From Tubulanus polymorphus (taxonomy: Eukaryota; Animalia; Nemertea): DNA of 64,000 nucleotides. A program made the position numbers and the translations under genes. Location: positions 1,471,355 through 1,535,354 of the forward strand of contig NC_134030.1 in NCBI RefSeq assembly GCF_964204645.1, written 5' to 3'. Below are positions 25,723-39,500 of the stretch, in pieces. The notes beneath the pieces are model-generated. The model made no database searches and was not told the origin of the DNA. It was given only the letters and a program-made list of their open reading frames with translations. How positions within the stretch are numbered: position 1 is the first letter of the stretch; each line of letters begins with the position of its first letter.

Positions 25723-26164
25723 ATTTTTTTCTATAGGAATTCAAGAACAAAGTAGTCGCATGTAGGTAGACACATTCATGAATCACTCAGTGTCTTCCTG
25801 TCCCACCATAACTTCCTTGATCCTCATTACTCGGATTTATTCTCTGAACCACTTTTCCATGTTTGTTGTGGTTTGTTTGTTTTGATTTGCTGGTGGTTTA
25901 AGCATGCATGTAGAGGGAGCTCTATCAATCCAGGAACAGTCAGCTCACAAGCAGCCCCTGCCCAAAAGGTTTTGACATTATATTTTCAAAAGCTCTAGTT
26001 GTTCTGTAGAACCGAGAGCGGAGCTCTGACTTGTTCCCCTCACTGCTGAGGTCTACTTTCTCTGATTCGCTGATTGGCTTCTCTTTGGTACATTTTAGAT
26101 GATCAAAAACTAGAAACTGTCATGCGTTTATTCATTTTGGTATATGTTAAAATTCTTTTACAGT

Positions 26165-27233
26165 AAAGGCATATTAGGCACATCAAAACAAATCCGGAAT
26201 TGTCCCCGAACGAAGTGGCTCCCTCCACTCTCCATCAGTATGCCGGGCCACCACCTCTACCTCTCGGGCCACTCGATCCCTCGCCAGCTTTTTGGGCGAG
26301 TGAACGAGTGACCGCCCGAGATACGGATGGAGGAGCAGGACCCGCACCTGCCCCAGCCCCACCACCATCCCTCCTCGGCCTCTTCCTATTAATTCTTACC
26401 CCTTCCTCCTGATTGCCTTGATCAGCTGCGCCATCCGCAGTGGCAACTCTTGCCTCCCCTCCCTGAGGAGCCACGACGACCGCAACTTTTCTTTTCCTTT
26501 TCGTGCGAGTTTTTTTTGGCGGTGGTCGTGTCTGTAAAGAGAAAAAAATGAACAATAAGTATTTAGTATAATACACCTATGTGCGTATAATACACCTATG
26601 TGAGTCCTTCGCTATTAAACACATAGAACTGTGGAACTGGATCCCGAGGCTAATCTAAATGCGCGCAACTGAGTCCAAGTGCAACTAAAGCACACAACTG
26701 CGGATCAGATAAATCATTGGTAGATTCACTTGTAAAATATCTCGCTAAGAACAAACTAAAAACTGTAGAATGTTGTTGAAACTGTTGTGTGTTATTCATT
26801 TGGGTATATGTTATATTTGAATTTTTTTCAGTGAAGGCATATTAGGCGCACATAAACGTCTCATGCGTTCAAGGCATATCCCTTCACTGAAAGAATATTC
26901 TTTAGATCAGTTAACAAATCCGGAATTGGCCCCGAACGAAGTGGCACCCTCCACTCTCCATCAGTATGCCGGGCCACCACCTCTACCTCTCGGGCCACTC
27001 GATCACTCGCCAGCTTTTTGACGAGTGACCGCCCAAGATACGGATGGAGGAGCAGGAGGAGCAGGACCCGCACCATCTCCAGCCCCACCACCATCCCTCC
27101 TCGGCCGCTTCCTATTTATCCCCTCCCCTTCCTCCCGATTACCTTCGTCAGCCGCACCATCCGCCGGGACCACTCTTGCTCCTCCTCCCTGCGGAGCCAC
27201 GACGACCGCAACTGGTACTTTTCGGTTTCTCAT
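26165..27233 (-). pseudogene. Two tandem frameshifted copies of exon 9
   Basis: 26531-26165 keeps the ctttacag acceptor (TRPPPKKTRTKRKRK..., +1 nt before KK); 27233-26861 lacks the acceptor and has an 8-nt deletion at the same place. Confidence 0.88.
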
Positions 27234-28162
27234 GGTTTCCCACCATCTTTCAAAAGAGAACTATCGATATATCATTAGCTACAAGGAAACTTTTCAGAAA
27301 CTTTTTCAGGTCATTCTTTCTTGTATTATTACCATTTGATTCTCTATATATCGTCAGAACATGGACTCAGAGTGTTTCTTTAATGGTTAAGAATGTCTCT
27401 TTAACCAACATCCCCCTAGCCTGCTTCCTACATATCCCTTCCCTTTCCTCCTGATTACCTTTGATCCCCACTGCCTAGCAGCTAACAGCTGCTGCTATTT
27501 TATCTGGTTTACATGTTTTGCAGATAGTGTCTGTTATGCTATAGTTGTTCTTTTAATCGTTTAACTTCTTCATCTGAAATTTCATTATTCTAATTTCAGT
27601 TTCACGCAGGAAATGGTTCATGAAAATCTGCATTGAGACTGGGACGAAATGTGCATTGAGACGGATGAAATCTGCATGAACAGAGATATACTTTAAGATC
27701 CCCATTTTATCCATCGGAGTGAATGTACATCCACTACTCACAGGTAGAAAACCTACAAACGCTAAACACTCATCCCTGGGCCCTGATTCAAAAATAAAAA
27801 TAAAAGATTAAATTAAGAATTAACATTTTTATGAATCAGTGATCAGTTTCATAAAATAATTCCTAAATTAATTTTAGGGGTTTATTATTTCAGATTGAAA
27901 TGAATTCTTCATGTTTATGCAATTCTCATTATCTTTCATTGCAGCATTTATATATTCAATTTTAATCATACATGTGAAATATATAATGTATTTTCAGGGA
28001 AACGTAAACAAGAAAGGAAGGGAAGAAAGAGAAGGGAAGAAAGAGAAGGGAAGAAAGAGAAGGGAAGAAAGAGTTGGATGATTAATGCGCACTTATTCTC
28101 CATTCCGAATTCCTGTACTCGACTCTAGGTGATCATCATACGAACGAGATATAGAAAAAAAA

Positions 28163-28675
28163 ACATTACTGAAGTCATCTCTATTTTTTAGTCTCAATTT
28201 GTATTTCTAATTCAATTTACTAAGTGTGTAAGTCATCATTTGGATAAGTCGTCACATTACTGAAGTCATCTCTATTTTTTAGTCTCAATTTGTATTTCTA
28301 ATTCAATTTACTAAGTGTGTAAGTCATAATTTGGATAAATCGTCACATTACTGAAGTCATCTCTATTTTTTAGTCTCAATTTGTATTTCTTATTCAATTT
28401 ACTAAGTGTAAGTCATAATTTGGATAAATCGTCACATTACTGAAGTCATCTCTATTTTTTAGTCTCAATTTGTATTTCTAATTCAATTTACTAAGTGTGT
28501 AAGTCATCATTTGGAAGTGTAAGTCATAATTTGGATAAATCGTCACATTACTGAAGTCATCTCTATTTTTTAGTCTCAATTTGTATTTCTAATTCAATTC
28601 ACTAAGTGTGTAAGTCATCATTTGGATAAGTCGTCACATTATTGAAGTCATCTCTATTTTGAAGTCTCAATTAGT
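28163..28675. repeat. Tandem repeat of about 92 bp (about 5 copies; about 3 copies at 62209-62525)
   Basis: acattactgaagtcatctctattttttagtctcaatttgtatttc... Confidence 0.92.
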
Positions 28676-29948
28676 ATTCAGTTTACTTCAGATAACGTAA
28701 TTTAGTTTAATCACAAGTCGTCAACATTATAATCAATGTAACTACATTGACTACATTATTGTCCTTTTATTGAGAAATTTATGTTAATTTTTGATTTCTG
28801 GGATAAATCAAAATTCAAATGTTATCATTTTTTGTATCAAAAATTGTAAAAAATTGAATAATTTGTGTGCTATTTAAACATTCAGTTATGGGGAGTTCTA
28901 AGCTCAGAAAACTTTGAGCCTGTTTATACAAGTGTTGTAACAAGTGTTGAACAATTCAAAGATCATGTTGTTTATACTTTGTCATGTTAGAAAAAATGTT
29001 TTCTAGTATATTGATGTTTCTAAAAAAACATATGATTCAACTTTAAAAGGCCAACAAGCCTTCTAATAAAACTAGTTTGTCATATATATATATATTACTT
29101 GGTCATTGTCAAGTTTTTTAAAAAATATTTTGGTTTTCTCAGCTTTCTCTGGTGGAAATTTCTTCGTGGAATTCCTCTTCTATACAAGTTCCTCCTCAGA
29201 CTGTTTTTATGCGAGAGTTTATAACAACCGGATCCTCAGAAAATGGTCGGAGTGCCAAGTCATCGATTTAAGATCACCAGTCTTATCTGAGACCATAAGT
29301 TCACTAGCAAGTTTCACTAGCGATTCCAACAGCTATAGGATGGAACAGTATTATTATATAGGTCACCACTGTGCAATTGAGCCCAGATCATCAGAAAAAG
29401 ATAAAAGTGAAGATATGTGATGGGATTCATTGAAAATTTTGCATATACAATTAATTCATTGAACTACTTAATTTGTATGATTTATTTTTTGGGAATTTTC
29501 GAATTTGTCATCAATAACTAGTATATATTTCTTTTCAAGTTGTGAGCGATCTAGTTCTCTGTCGACCCATTGAAAATGAATCGACTCTGAACTGTAGAAC
29601 TGGACCCAGGGAGCTGAATCTCGCGTGCCACAGCAAGATACAGAGCTCTTCAATGTCTTAACCGTCAGGTGCTGCCCCTAAACAAATCAATTGCGGTAAA
29701 TCTGTGAACTAACTTATAGCTCGCTTGCCAGAGTAGAATCATAGCGAGCTGTCTAAAATCTTGAACCGTCTAGTGCTGCCCCTTAATCGATATGTATCGG
29801 AAAAGTGAATTTATTACTCGCATGCCACAGTAGTTGAGTAGTTGGAACATCACGATAGACTCGTTTTTCTGTGCAGCTATAACGGGAACTATTTCAGATC
29901 TGATAATGAATATAAACTCAGTCACAGTTCGATAACAAACGCCGCTGG

Positions 29949-32148
29949 GTGAAATTGATGTAAACAAATAATCGTGTTGAAATTGAATTTAGTTTAAGAT
30001 ATATTTTCGTGGTAGTTTTTATTTTCAAGCTGTTTACGTTCACTTCAAATGATGAAACGATGAAACCATATTAAATACATACCTGTTTTAGTGGGGATTT
30101 TGAGTTTTGGTCCTTTCCGTATCTTCTAGAAACATCAAGTAGAAAGGCATTAACTGAACCCTATGTCTTTAACTTCAGGAGTCTATGGAGTTTTCGGATG
30201 CCTCTTTTCCTCACTTCTTGCATTCGTCACTATTAGAAATCCGGACAAACTGAATTCAGTTCGACGAGGCCGAAGAACAGAAGACCAAAGAGTGATCTGC
30301 ACTAGGCGCAGGGTTCGTGTTGGCTTGGATCGGTGAGAGGCAATCAAACCCCGACACGTGAAGATGTATCCTCAAAAATGGATACCGGAACGCTTCTCTG
30401 GTTTACGATGATTAATTAGTCTGCAGGGATAACTCTTTGGCGGGGCGTGATCGCGTGAATAGCCCAAACTAAACCTTCAGAGTTCACTGTACTACAGCAT
30501 ACAACATCTGATAACTTGCATAATAAAGCGCGGCGTGCATGAAAAGAATTGTATAAATGCGGGCAAGATTCCGTGCCCTGGCAATCGAACGCCGGAGTGG
30601 AGGTATTCCATACACTGGTAGGTGAGTCGGAGCATAGACTGGTTGCTTGTCCCATAGAGACCGGTAACCAGTCTAGCCACCTCACGATCAGTCTACATTG
30701 AAAAACCATTACTGAAATATGGTTGACGGAAATATTCATTTCATATCAGATTCTGAAATATTTTCTCATATTGACTACAAAATTTTTATTATCTTAATAA
30801 GATAAATCTGCCAAAGCTCAACAATTTGCATTAGTGAAAACCGATGTGCGAAGTCGTCAATTCAGTAGCCCGATAGAGCCCGGTAACCAGTCTAACTGAC
30901 AATGTTCATTGCGCGGGAATGAACGGGCAACCAGTCTACGATGAAAAATCATTTCTGAAAAATTATGAACGGAGATATTCATTTTACTTTGAATTTTGAA
31001 TTATCTTATAAAACTGACAGCCGTATTAATGTGAAATTGATGTAAACAAATAATCGTGTTGAAATTGAATTTAGTTTAAGATATATTTTCGTGGTAGTTT
31101 TTATTTTCAAGCTGTTTACGTTCACTTCAAATGATGAAACGATGAAACCATATTAAATACCCTATGTCTTTAACTTCAGGAGTCTATATGGAGTTTTCGG
31201 ATGTTACATACCTGTTTTAGTGGGGATTTTGAGTTTTGGTCCTTTCCGTATCTTCTAGAAACATCAAGTAGAAAGGCATTAACTGAACCCTATGTCTTTA
31301 ACTTCAGGAGTCTATGGAGTTTTCGGATGCCTCTTTTCCTCACTTCTTGCATTCGTCACTATTAGAAATCCGGACAAACTGAATTCAGTTCGACGAGGCC
31401 GAAGAACAGAAGACCAAAGAGTGATCTGCACTAGCCGCAGGGTTCGTGTTGGCTTGGATCGGTGGGAGGCAATCAAACCCCGACACGTGAAGATGTATCC
31501 TCAAAAATGGATACCGGAACGCTTCTCTGGTTTACGATGATTAGTCTGCAGGGATAACTCTTTGGCGGGGCGTGATCGCGTGAATAGCCCAAACTAAACC
31601 TTCAGAGTTCACTGTACTACAGCATACAACATCTGATAACTTGCATAATAAAGCGCGGCGTGCATGAAAAGAATTGTATAAATGCGGGCAAGATTCCGTG
31701 CCCTGGCAATCGAACGCCGGAGTGGAGGTATTCCATACACTGGTAGGTGAGTCGGAGTAGACTGGTTGCTTGTCCCATAGAGACCGGTAACCAGTCTAGC
31801 CACCTCACGATCAGTCTACATCGAAAAACCATTACTGAAATATGGTTGACGGAAATATTCATTTTATATCAGATTCTAAAATATTTTCTCGTATTGAATA
31901 CAAAATTTTTATTATCTTAATAAGATAAATCTGCCAAAGCTCAACAATTTAAATTAGTGAAAACCGATGTGCGAAGTCGTCAATTCAGTAGCCCGATAGA
32001 GCCCGGTAACCAGTCTAACTGACAATGTTCATTGCGCGGGAATGAACGGGCAACTAGTCTACGATGAAAAATCATTTCTGAAAAATTATGAACGGAGATA
32101 TTCATTTTACTTTGAATTTTGAATTATCTTATAAAACTGACAGCCATA
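29949..32148 (+). repeat. Tandem duplication of about 1.1 kb
   Basis: gtgaaattgatgtaaacaaataatcgtg starts units at 29949 and 31031; the copies are near-identical. Confidence 0.95.
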
Positions 32149-32239
32149 TTAACCAAAGTATTAATAGTAAATCTGATAAAATCTAATACCGGTTTTAGAA
32201 TAGGTGAAAACTGATTTATGTGATGCCGTCGGTTCAGAA

Positions 32240-32425
32240 GACTGATCCGTAGAATCGTTCGCCACTTTCTTCCGGTCCACTTACTTCCGCGTTTGTGATT
32301 TGCATACAAGTAGTTTGAATGTTAAATGTATTAAGCCGCGTGTTGATTGGTTGAGGTCAGTGCGGTTTACTGAACGATGACCAGCTGTCAGCTGATCGAA
32401 TCATTCGTTTCACAGACATTACGAC
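32240..32425 (+). promoter_or_regulatory. Candidate promoter and non-coding 5' UTR exon of the 343-aa gene
   Basis: CpG-richer patch with ETS-like CTTCCG twice, octamer ATTTGCAT, inverted CCAAT (GATTGG) and a gtaagt donor at 32426. A homologous exon (cagctgatcgaatcattcgtttcacagac) with a donor lies at about 24830-24920 (-), also upstream of a satellite plus exon-1 module. Confidence 0.55.
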
Positions 32426-33039
32426 GTAAGTATATTTTACATCTTTGATCAAAAATTGTAGTGTAAAAAAACTCAAAACTAAGGCCTCTATAAATGATCG
32501 ATTGACTTTAAATGATTACTTTAGCACAGCTCTTGTAGACAATGATTAGGTGTCATAGTAGTTTAGCTCGAAAGTGCACATATAAGGTTAATTTTCATCC
32601 CTTATTTAGAGACCGAGGTATTGAGCGTCCATTTCAGCCCTTAAAACATCATCAACCTACCTCAAACCGACTGTTTTTAAATCCAGCAATAGTTAACTAT
32701 TGACTCATCATGGATTCGATTCAAAAACAATTTTTGATGATCATAGTGATTCGAAACGTTTGAATTTTTGAAAAACACGAATGCTAAACGACGGATCCGG
32801 ACTTCGATTGCGGCCCAATGGCAGAGTTGATTTTCTTATTTGGAATTTGAAGATATAAATCACTGAAATCAATTGGTTTTCTCAACCAAAATTAAAATTA
32901 AGAAGAATTTAGGATGGAGATGTTTGATTTTCATTTTGTCTAAAATGCTGACTTAAAAATTAATTCAATTGAATCAAATTAATGAATTCATCATTTCACG
33001 ATATTATAGATAATCAAAATGTGAATATGAAATCACCTT

Positions 33040-34520
33040 TTCAATCGCTGTTTTTGGGTAAGATCGCAGTTTTTGTGTTAGATCGCAGTTTTTAGGTTAG
33101 ATCACCGTTTTGAGGTTAGATCACCGTTTTTGGTTAGATTGCTGTTATGTGTTAGATCACTTTTTGTGTTAGATCACAGTTTTTGTGTTAGATCGCTGTT
33201 TTTGGGTTAGATCGCTGTTTTGTGTTAGATCGCTGTTTTAGGTTAGATCGCAGTTTTTAGGTTACATTGCAGTATTTTGGTTAGACCGCAGTTTTTTGTT
33301 AGATCGCAGTTTTTAAGTTAGATCGCTGTTTTGGGTTAGATCACAGTTTTTGTGTTAGATGGCTGTTTTAGGTTAGATCGCAGTTTTTAAGTTAGATCGC
33401 AGTTTTTGTGTTAGATCGCTCTTTTAGGTTAGATCGCAGTTTTTAAGTTAGATCGCTGTTTTCGGTTAGATCACAGTTTTTGTGTTAGATCGCTGTTTTT
33501 AGGTTAGATCGCAGTTTTTAGGTTACATTGCAGTATTTGGGTTAGACCGCAGTTTTTTTGTTAGATCGCAGTTTTTTTGTTAGATTGCTGTTTTGGGTTA
33601 GATCACAGCTTTTGTGTTAGATCACAGTTTTTGGGTTAGATCGCTGTTTTTGGGTTAGATCGCTGTTTTGGGTTAGATCACAGTTTTTGGGTTAGATCGC
33701 TGTTTTTGGGTTAGATCGCTGTTTTTGGGTTAAATTGCTGTTTTTGTGTTGGATCATTGTTTTTTGTGTTAGATCATTGTTTTTGGGTTAGATCGATGTT
33801 TTTGTGTTAGATCGCATTTTTGTGTTAGATCACTGGTTTTTTGTTAGATTGCAGTTTTTAGGTTAGATCGCTGTTTTTGAGTTAGATCGCTGTTTTGTGT
33901 TAGATCGCCGTTTTGTGTTAGATCGCCGTTTTTAGGTTAGATTGCTGTTTTTAGGTTAGATCGCTGTTTTTAGGTTATATCGCAGTTTTTGTGTTAGATC
34001 ACTGTTTTTGTGTTAGATAGCAGTTTTTAGGTTAGATCGCTGTTTTTGAGTTAAATCGCCTTTTTGGGTTAGATCACAGTTTTTGTGTTAGATCACAGCT
34101 TTTAGGTTAGATTGCTGTTTTTAGGTTAGATCCCTTTTTTTTCTTAGATCGCAGTATTTAGGTTAGATCGCTTTTTTTGGATTAGATCGCTGTTTTTGGG
34201 TTAGATCGCAGTTATTGTGTTAGATCGCAGTTTTTTGTTAGATCGCTGTTTTTGGGTTAGACCGCAGTGTTTAGGTTAGATTGCAGTTTTTGGGTTAGAA
34301 CACTGTTTTTCTGTTAGATCGCATTTTTTTGTTAGATCGCTGTTTTAGGTTGGATCGCTGTTTTAGGTTAGATCGCAGTTTTTTGTTAGGTCGCTGTTTT
34401 TGGGTTAGAAAGCTGTTTTTGTGTTAGATTGGTGTTTTTAGGTTAGATCGCTATTTTTGTGTAAGATCGCTGTTTTTGGGTTAGATCGCTGTTTTTGGGT
34501 TAGATCGCTGTCTTTGTGTT
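33040..34520. repeat. 19-20-bp minisatellite (about 75 copies)
   Basis: Consensus gttagatcgc(a/t)gtttttg(g/t), strongly T/G-skewed. Confidence 0.95.
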
Positions 34521-34569
34521 TTTGTCAATCATCATATCAAGATTTGCAATCCCAGTTGCCTTCAAGTTT

Positions 34570-35243
34570 CATATAGAGAATTAGTGGATGTGGTGTCCCT
34601 GGACCCCTACATGCACCATATAGAGAATTAGTGGATGTGGTGTCCCTGGACCCCTACATGCACCATATAGAGAATTAGTGGATGTGGTGTCCCTGGACCC
34701 CTACATGCACCATATAGAGAATTAGTGGATGTGGTGTCCCTGGACCCCTACATGCATCATATAGAGAATTAGTGGATGTGGTGTCCCTGGACCCCTACAT
34801 GCATCATATAGAGAATTAGTGGATGTGGTGTCCCTGGACCCCTACATGTACCATATAGAGAATTAGTGGATGTGGTGTCCCTGGACCCCTACATGCACCA
34901 TATAGAGAATTAGTGGATGTGGTGTCCCTGGACCCCTACATGCACCATATAGAGAATTAGTGGATGTGGTGTCCCTGGACCCCTACATGCACCATATAGA
35001 GAATTAGTGGATGTGGTGTCCCTGGACCCCTACATGCATCATATAGAGAATTAGTGGATGTGGTGTCCCTGGACCCCTACATGCACCATATAGAGAATTA
35101 GTGGATGTGGTGTCCCTGGACCCCTACATGCACCATATAGAGAATTAGTGGATGTGGTGTCCCTGGACCCCTACATGCACCATATAGAGAATTAGTGGAT
35201 GTGGTGTCCCTGGACCCCTACATGCACCATATAGAGAATTAGT
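34570..35243. repeat. 47-bp satellite array 4 (about 14 copies, opposite orientation)
   Basis: Reverse complement of the unit; ends about 70 bp before the exon-1 acceptor. Confidence 0.97.
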
Positions 35244-35314
35244 TCACTGAACCAGAATAAGACTGACTGATATATTTTCAAATGATTTAATATTTTTACT
35301 TGTTTTTCTAGAAG

Positions 35315-35377
35315 ATGCCTAAAGCAACAAGAAAAACACGGGGCGCGGGCCCCTCACATTCAAGCCCGTATAATAAA
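35315..35377 (+). CDS. Coding exon 1: MPKATRKTRGAGPSHSSPYNK
   Basis: Acceptor ttttctag at 35311 just before the ATG, donor gtaagt at 35378; the peptide is conserved in about 15 other copies in the window. Confidence 0.9.
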
Positions 35378-36553
35378 GTAAGTACAAATTTACTGCTTCC
35401 ATGCTTATTTATTCATCCCATACTTAGTATTTTGTACCCCTGGGTCCAGTTTCACAAAAAGGATAAACGCCTTAATCGATTTAAGATAAACTGAATTAAT
35501 GAAGAAATTAAATCGATTTAAGAGTTAAACCTGTTTGTGAAACTAGGCCCTGAATTGCATCTAGAATGAAAAAAAAGAAAAAAAAATATTGAAAATAACG
35601 TTGGTGAAATATTTCTGGATCTTTCTGGATTTCTGCTCAATGCATCGTTTAGTAAAATATCGATATTCTCTAAAAGTAAAGATATAAGAATAAAAATATT
35701 GTATTGAATCGTGATTAGTTACTGTATGCGCTGCTAGTTGTTGCCCAACCCATAGCCTCATTTCTCTCCATTCTAAATTTGCATTGTTTAACATTGTCTG
35801 GTCGCTATGGAAACTATTTATTTAAGTTTCTTTGTGGTATCCATGGCAACAGTAACGTTTAGGTAGTGGCACCAATTATGGGTCCCAACGTTCCCATGGC
35901 GATACATGAGAACATTTATCCTATTTTTGACCTACATGACGTAAGATGGTAGTGAGTCGATGACGTCATTTTCGTCTCACCACTAATGAAAAAAAAAATT
36001 AAATGAAAAAAAAGGAAGAAATCGTTAGAATTACGTTTATGAAATTTTTCTGGATCGGCTAAATGTATTGTTCCATTAAATATCGACATTCTCTAAAATT
36101 ATAGGCATCAATATCAAAATGATGATACAGCAGACTCCGCTTAACTCTGTTCTATTTGGACCATTAATTAACCGAATACCAACTTTTTAAAATTTTAGGA
36201 TTTTTACGTTAAGGATCAGAAAATGTGTATGCAATTTCAACCGGGTACCGAGTAGGGTGGCCGAGTCTACTGTAGTCTGCTGCCCCCTCGAATCCATTAC
36301 CTTATCATCTCTCAATTTGCATTGTTTGACCTCGTCTGGTTGCTATGGAAACTATTTAGTTATATCAGGAACGGTTTTTTCGAGGTAACCAGTGGCAACA
36401 TTTAACAGGCGTGTCCGTCCTAGAGATAAACTGTCTGATTTCACAGCCACATCCGTCCTGGAGATAAACTGTTAGATAAACTCTGATTTCGCGTCTGTCC
36501 TATTTCTTGTCATTGTATGAATATGTTTTCTCTTTTATAGGGTACAGCGCAGC

Positions 36554-36596
<43 letters not shown>

Positions 36597-39500
36597 GCAA
36601 CAAAAATTTGATATTTCGATGTCCGGAATAGACGTAAGTTATCGTAAACGCCTGTTTGAAGTCATCATTCTTGAGCTTGAAACCGAAATTTATATTATAG
36701 AATATTAAACCCTGCTTCTGCTACTGACAGGTAATGTCCGTCATACATTACTGCATCGTCAAATCTATACCAGGGTGCACCCAGGCAGATCGTTCGCATC
36801 ATCACATGCAAAGGGCTGATTATTTTGGAACCCAGTTTTTATCAGCTGGAACATTCTGCACATTCGACCATATTGATTGATAGCCCGTTATAGACGAGTG
36901 GAGAAAAACTGAAAAACCAGTTCGGAAAAACTTCGATTGATTTCACTCACATTTACAGAAATTTGGTCCGACCCCAAAACCATTTACTTACACTATACAA
37001 ATCAGATCAGGTTTTTAACATTGTCTTTGATTGTATTTTCAGTTTTTACCCACAACGCCGCCCAGTGGTGTTTCGACGCCGGTAAGTGATAACTATTTTC
37101 TAATAAATCACGCTTATTTCAATTTGTAATTTGAAAATAGAGGGTAGTAGCTGTTATGTATAAATTATGCTAATTAGGAATAAATTCAAATTCGATTAAG
37201 TCTCATCATCGTAGAAGTCATATATTAATGATGCTATCTCTAAAGTTGTCATTTAAATTAAGTGTTATATTTACTACTTCATTTGCTTCATGACCCAAAA
37301 ACCTCTACTATATAACTACTGGTTTTGTTCTAATCTTGGAGAATTTGCTGCAAAATTTACTTATCATTTGTTAAACAGTTTTTATTGAAAACCTGAATCA
37401 GTGATACATGCATTCATGAATATCCATCTAATATTTTGTTTTATTTTATCTTTACAGGATTTATCACCGATACAGCACGTGGACGTAAGAGATTAAACAT
37501 TGATCTTGAATTTTAAGTTCAAACTAATTTATTTTTTATCTCACTCGGGACTATAGTTATTGCGTTCACTTTGCGTCCAGTTGTCTCGGGTAGTTTTTGA
37601 TTTATCGTGTTGATAATTGGTTTATATACTCAAACTCAAAATATCGGCGCAATTGGAATTAAGATGGCGCACTTGTATGTCCATTTTTTTCCCCGGCAAA
37701 ATTAGCACTTTAGCAGATTTTAAGGATCAATTCTGTTGTTATATTACATTGAAATCAGAGTTTAATATATATCGGTATAGAGCAGATTTTTGCTCTAGTT
37801 ATAAATAAAGTTATAAATAATCTCATGACATGTTCTGTATATGTGTAGTGAGTTTCAATGTCTTTGGTTCCTTTTAAACCAGGGGGAGTTAAATTTGAAA
37901 ATGTCAGATCGTCGAGCATTTCAGACCGCATCCAAAGTGGGTCCCTGCACCCCTAGTTATACCGTTAATATTTTAATAATACATTAATATTTTTATTTGA
38001 TAGAATATATTGATATACCATACATTGATATCGGTCTTGTAATTGGATCAACAACCATGAGATCAAAACACAGCAAATATGAACCTGCTGTGAATCAATA
38101 GATTTGTGATAAATGTAATGAAATTGTTATTTTTCATATTGACTTTTTGAGTTAAGGGTCTGTTGTATAAGAGTCTTTGGTCTCGCGTGTCAATGTATGA
38201 TATCAATCTGTTGTATTTCCTCGTTCCAATGTTTAAAAGGTGTTCGTCACCTTATATTAATAAACTACTTTAACCGTTAGATGGCGCCATAAGTGTGATA
38301 TTTGATTTATGGGATACCCGCAAAACCAGCTATTCCACCAGATGGCGCAACGAGTAGTAGGTCGTTCGTTGTCAAAATTAGTTCATTTTCGATGAACTTT
38401 GAACTGGTTTGAAGAAGAAATACTTTCATTCTTCTACTCTGACATCGGTTTAGTTTTCATTAATAATTGATTCATTTAAGAGAACAATTCATTCAGATTT
38501 AATTGAAATGTACAAGAAAATCGAACGCAGACGACCAACTATTTACTAGCGACACCTGGTGGATCCTCGCCTGCCATAAGTGGAATCCTCGATTGCTACA
38601 GTAAGACTGCGGGTAACCCATTGTTTGGCGTGTGAAGTAAAGTAAAGTTAGAAAACGGATGTTTAACTTTGTTGTGAAACGAAAGCGTTTTGGAGATTTT
38701 TAAACCAATCAAATCAATATTTTGATATTACGCTTGAAACCCTTCCCACTCATATTCTACTTACTAAGTATATATTCTTGTTTCCGTGGAAATCATGGTG
38801 AGTGGCGCCATCTATACAGTGGAGTTAGCTTTATAAATCGAGCTTGCTTCGACAAGTGGCTCCATCTATTCCCTAATACTGAAGCGAGGTAACCAGCAGC
38901 GCCCTCATATACAGGAAATGAACGCCTATCAAGTTTAACAATGCACGGTGTATTGACCACAGCGACCGGTGATAATTATATCAATGTTGATTAGCTATTG
39001 CCATAGACAGGTCCGTAGCGTTTGACTGGACCAGAACGGGGCCCCCTAACCAAAACAAATTTTGAAAACGTGCCCAGATAAATTGCCTCTGGGAGATTGA
39101 TTTAACGAGGTTTTGATTAAATGAACAAATTTTAATATTTGTAAGTTTAACATTTCTGTTTTTAATTTTTCTTTGCGAGGAACTGAATTTTCGAACCCCC
39201 CCGAACCGCCTCAAGCTATGTTCCTGATATAGTGCTAGCTATACCTGAATACTTTTCTCTTATTGAAATTGTCTAAAAAACCAGCACCTTGAACTAATGA
39301 ACGTCATAATGAAAATGTTTAAAAATTCAACCGTTAATGAATTTGACTAATGTATTTTTTTTATTTTCATTTCTAGCATCAGTTTGCCTCAGAGGCAAGG
39401 TCGCCGTCGCTTAATGTAAGTATCAGTGACGCCCTCAATCTCACATGCCTCACTTCCCTCCTAATGTAACCATTTTTATGAAATTCCTCAAGAAAATATA

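Larger units (their letters stand above)
25884..30155 (+). repeat. Segmental duplication, copy A
   Basis: Nearly identical, same orientation, to 60685-64000; copy A has two exon-9 copies, copy B one hybrid. Confidence 0.95.

Noticed and set aside
27018-27454. Pro-rich + strand ORFs (also 61094-61530 and 51020-51286 on -)
   Set aside because: Antisense shadows of the GC-rich exon 9
29106-29967. ORFs conserved between 29 kb and 63 kb
   Set aside because: Conservation reflects the recent segmental duplication, not coding constraint
33040-34520. Telomeric or interstitial telomeric repeat
   Set aside because: GGTTAG occurs once per 19-20-bp unit; there is no (TTAGGG)n or (TTAGG)n run
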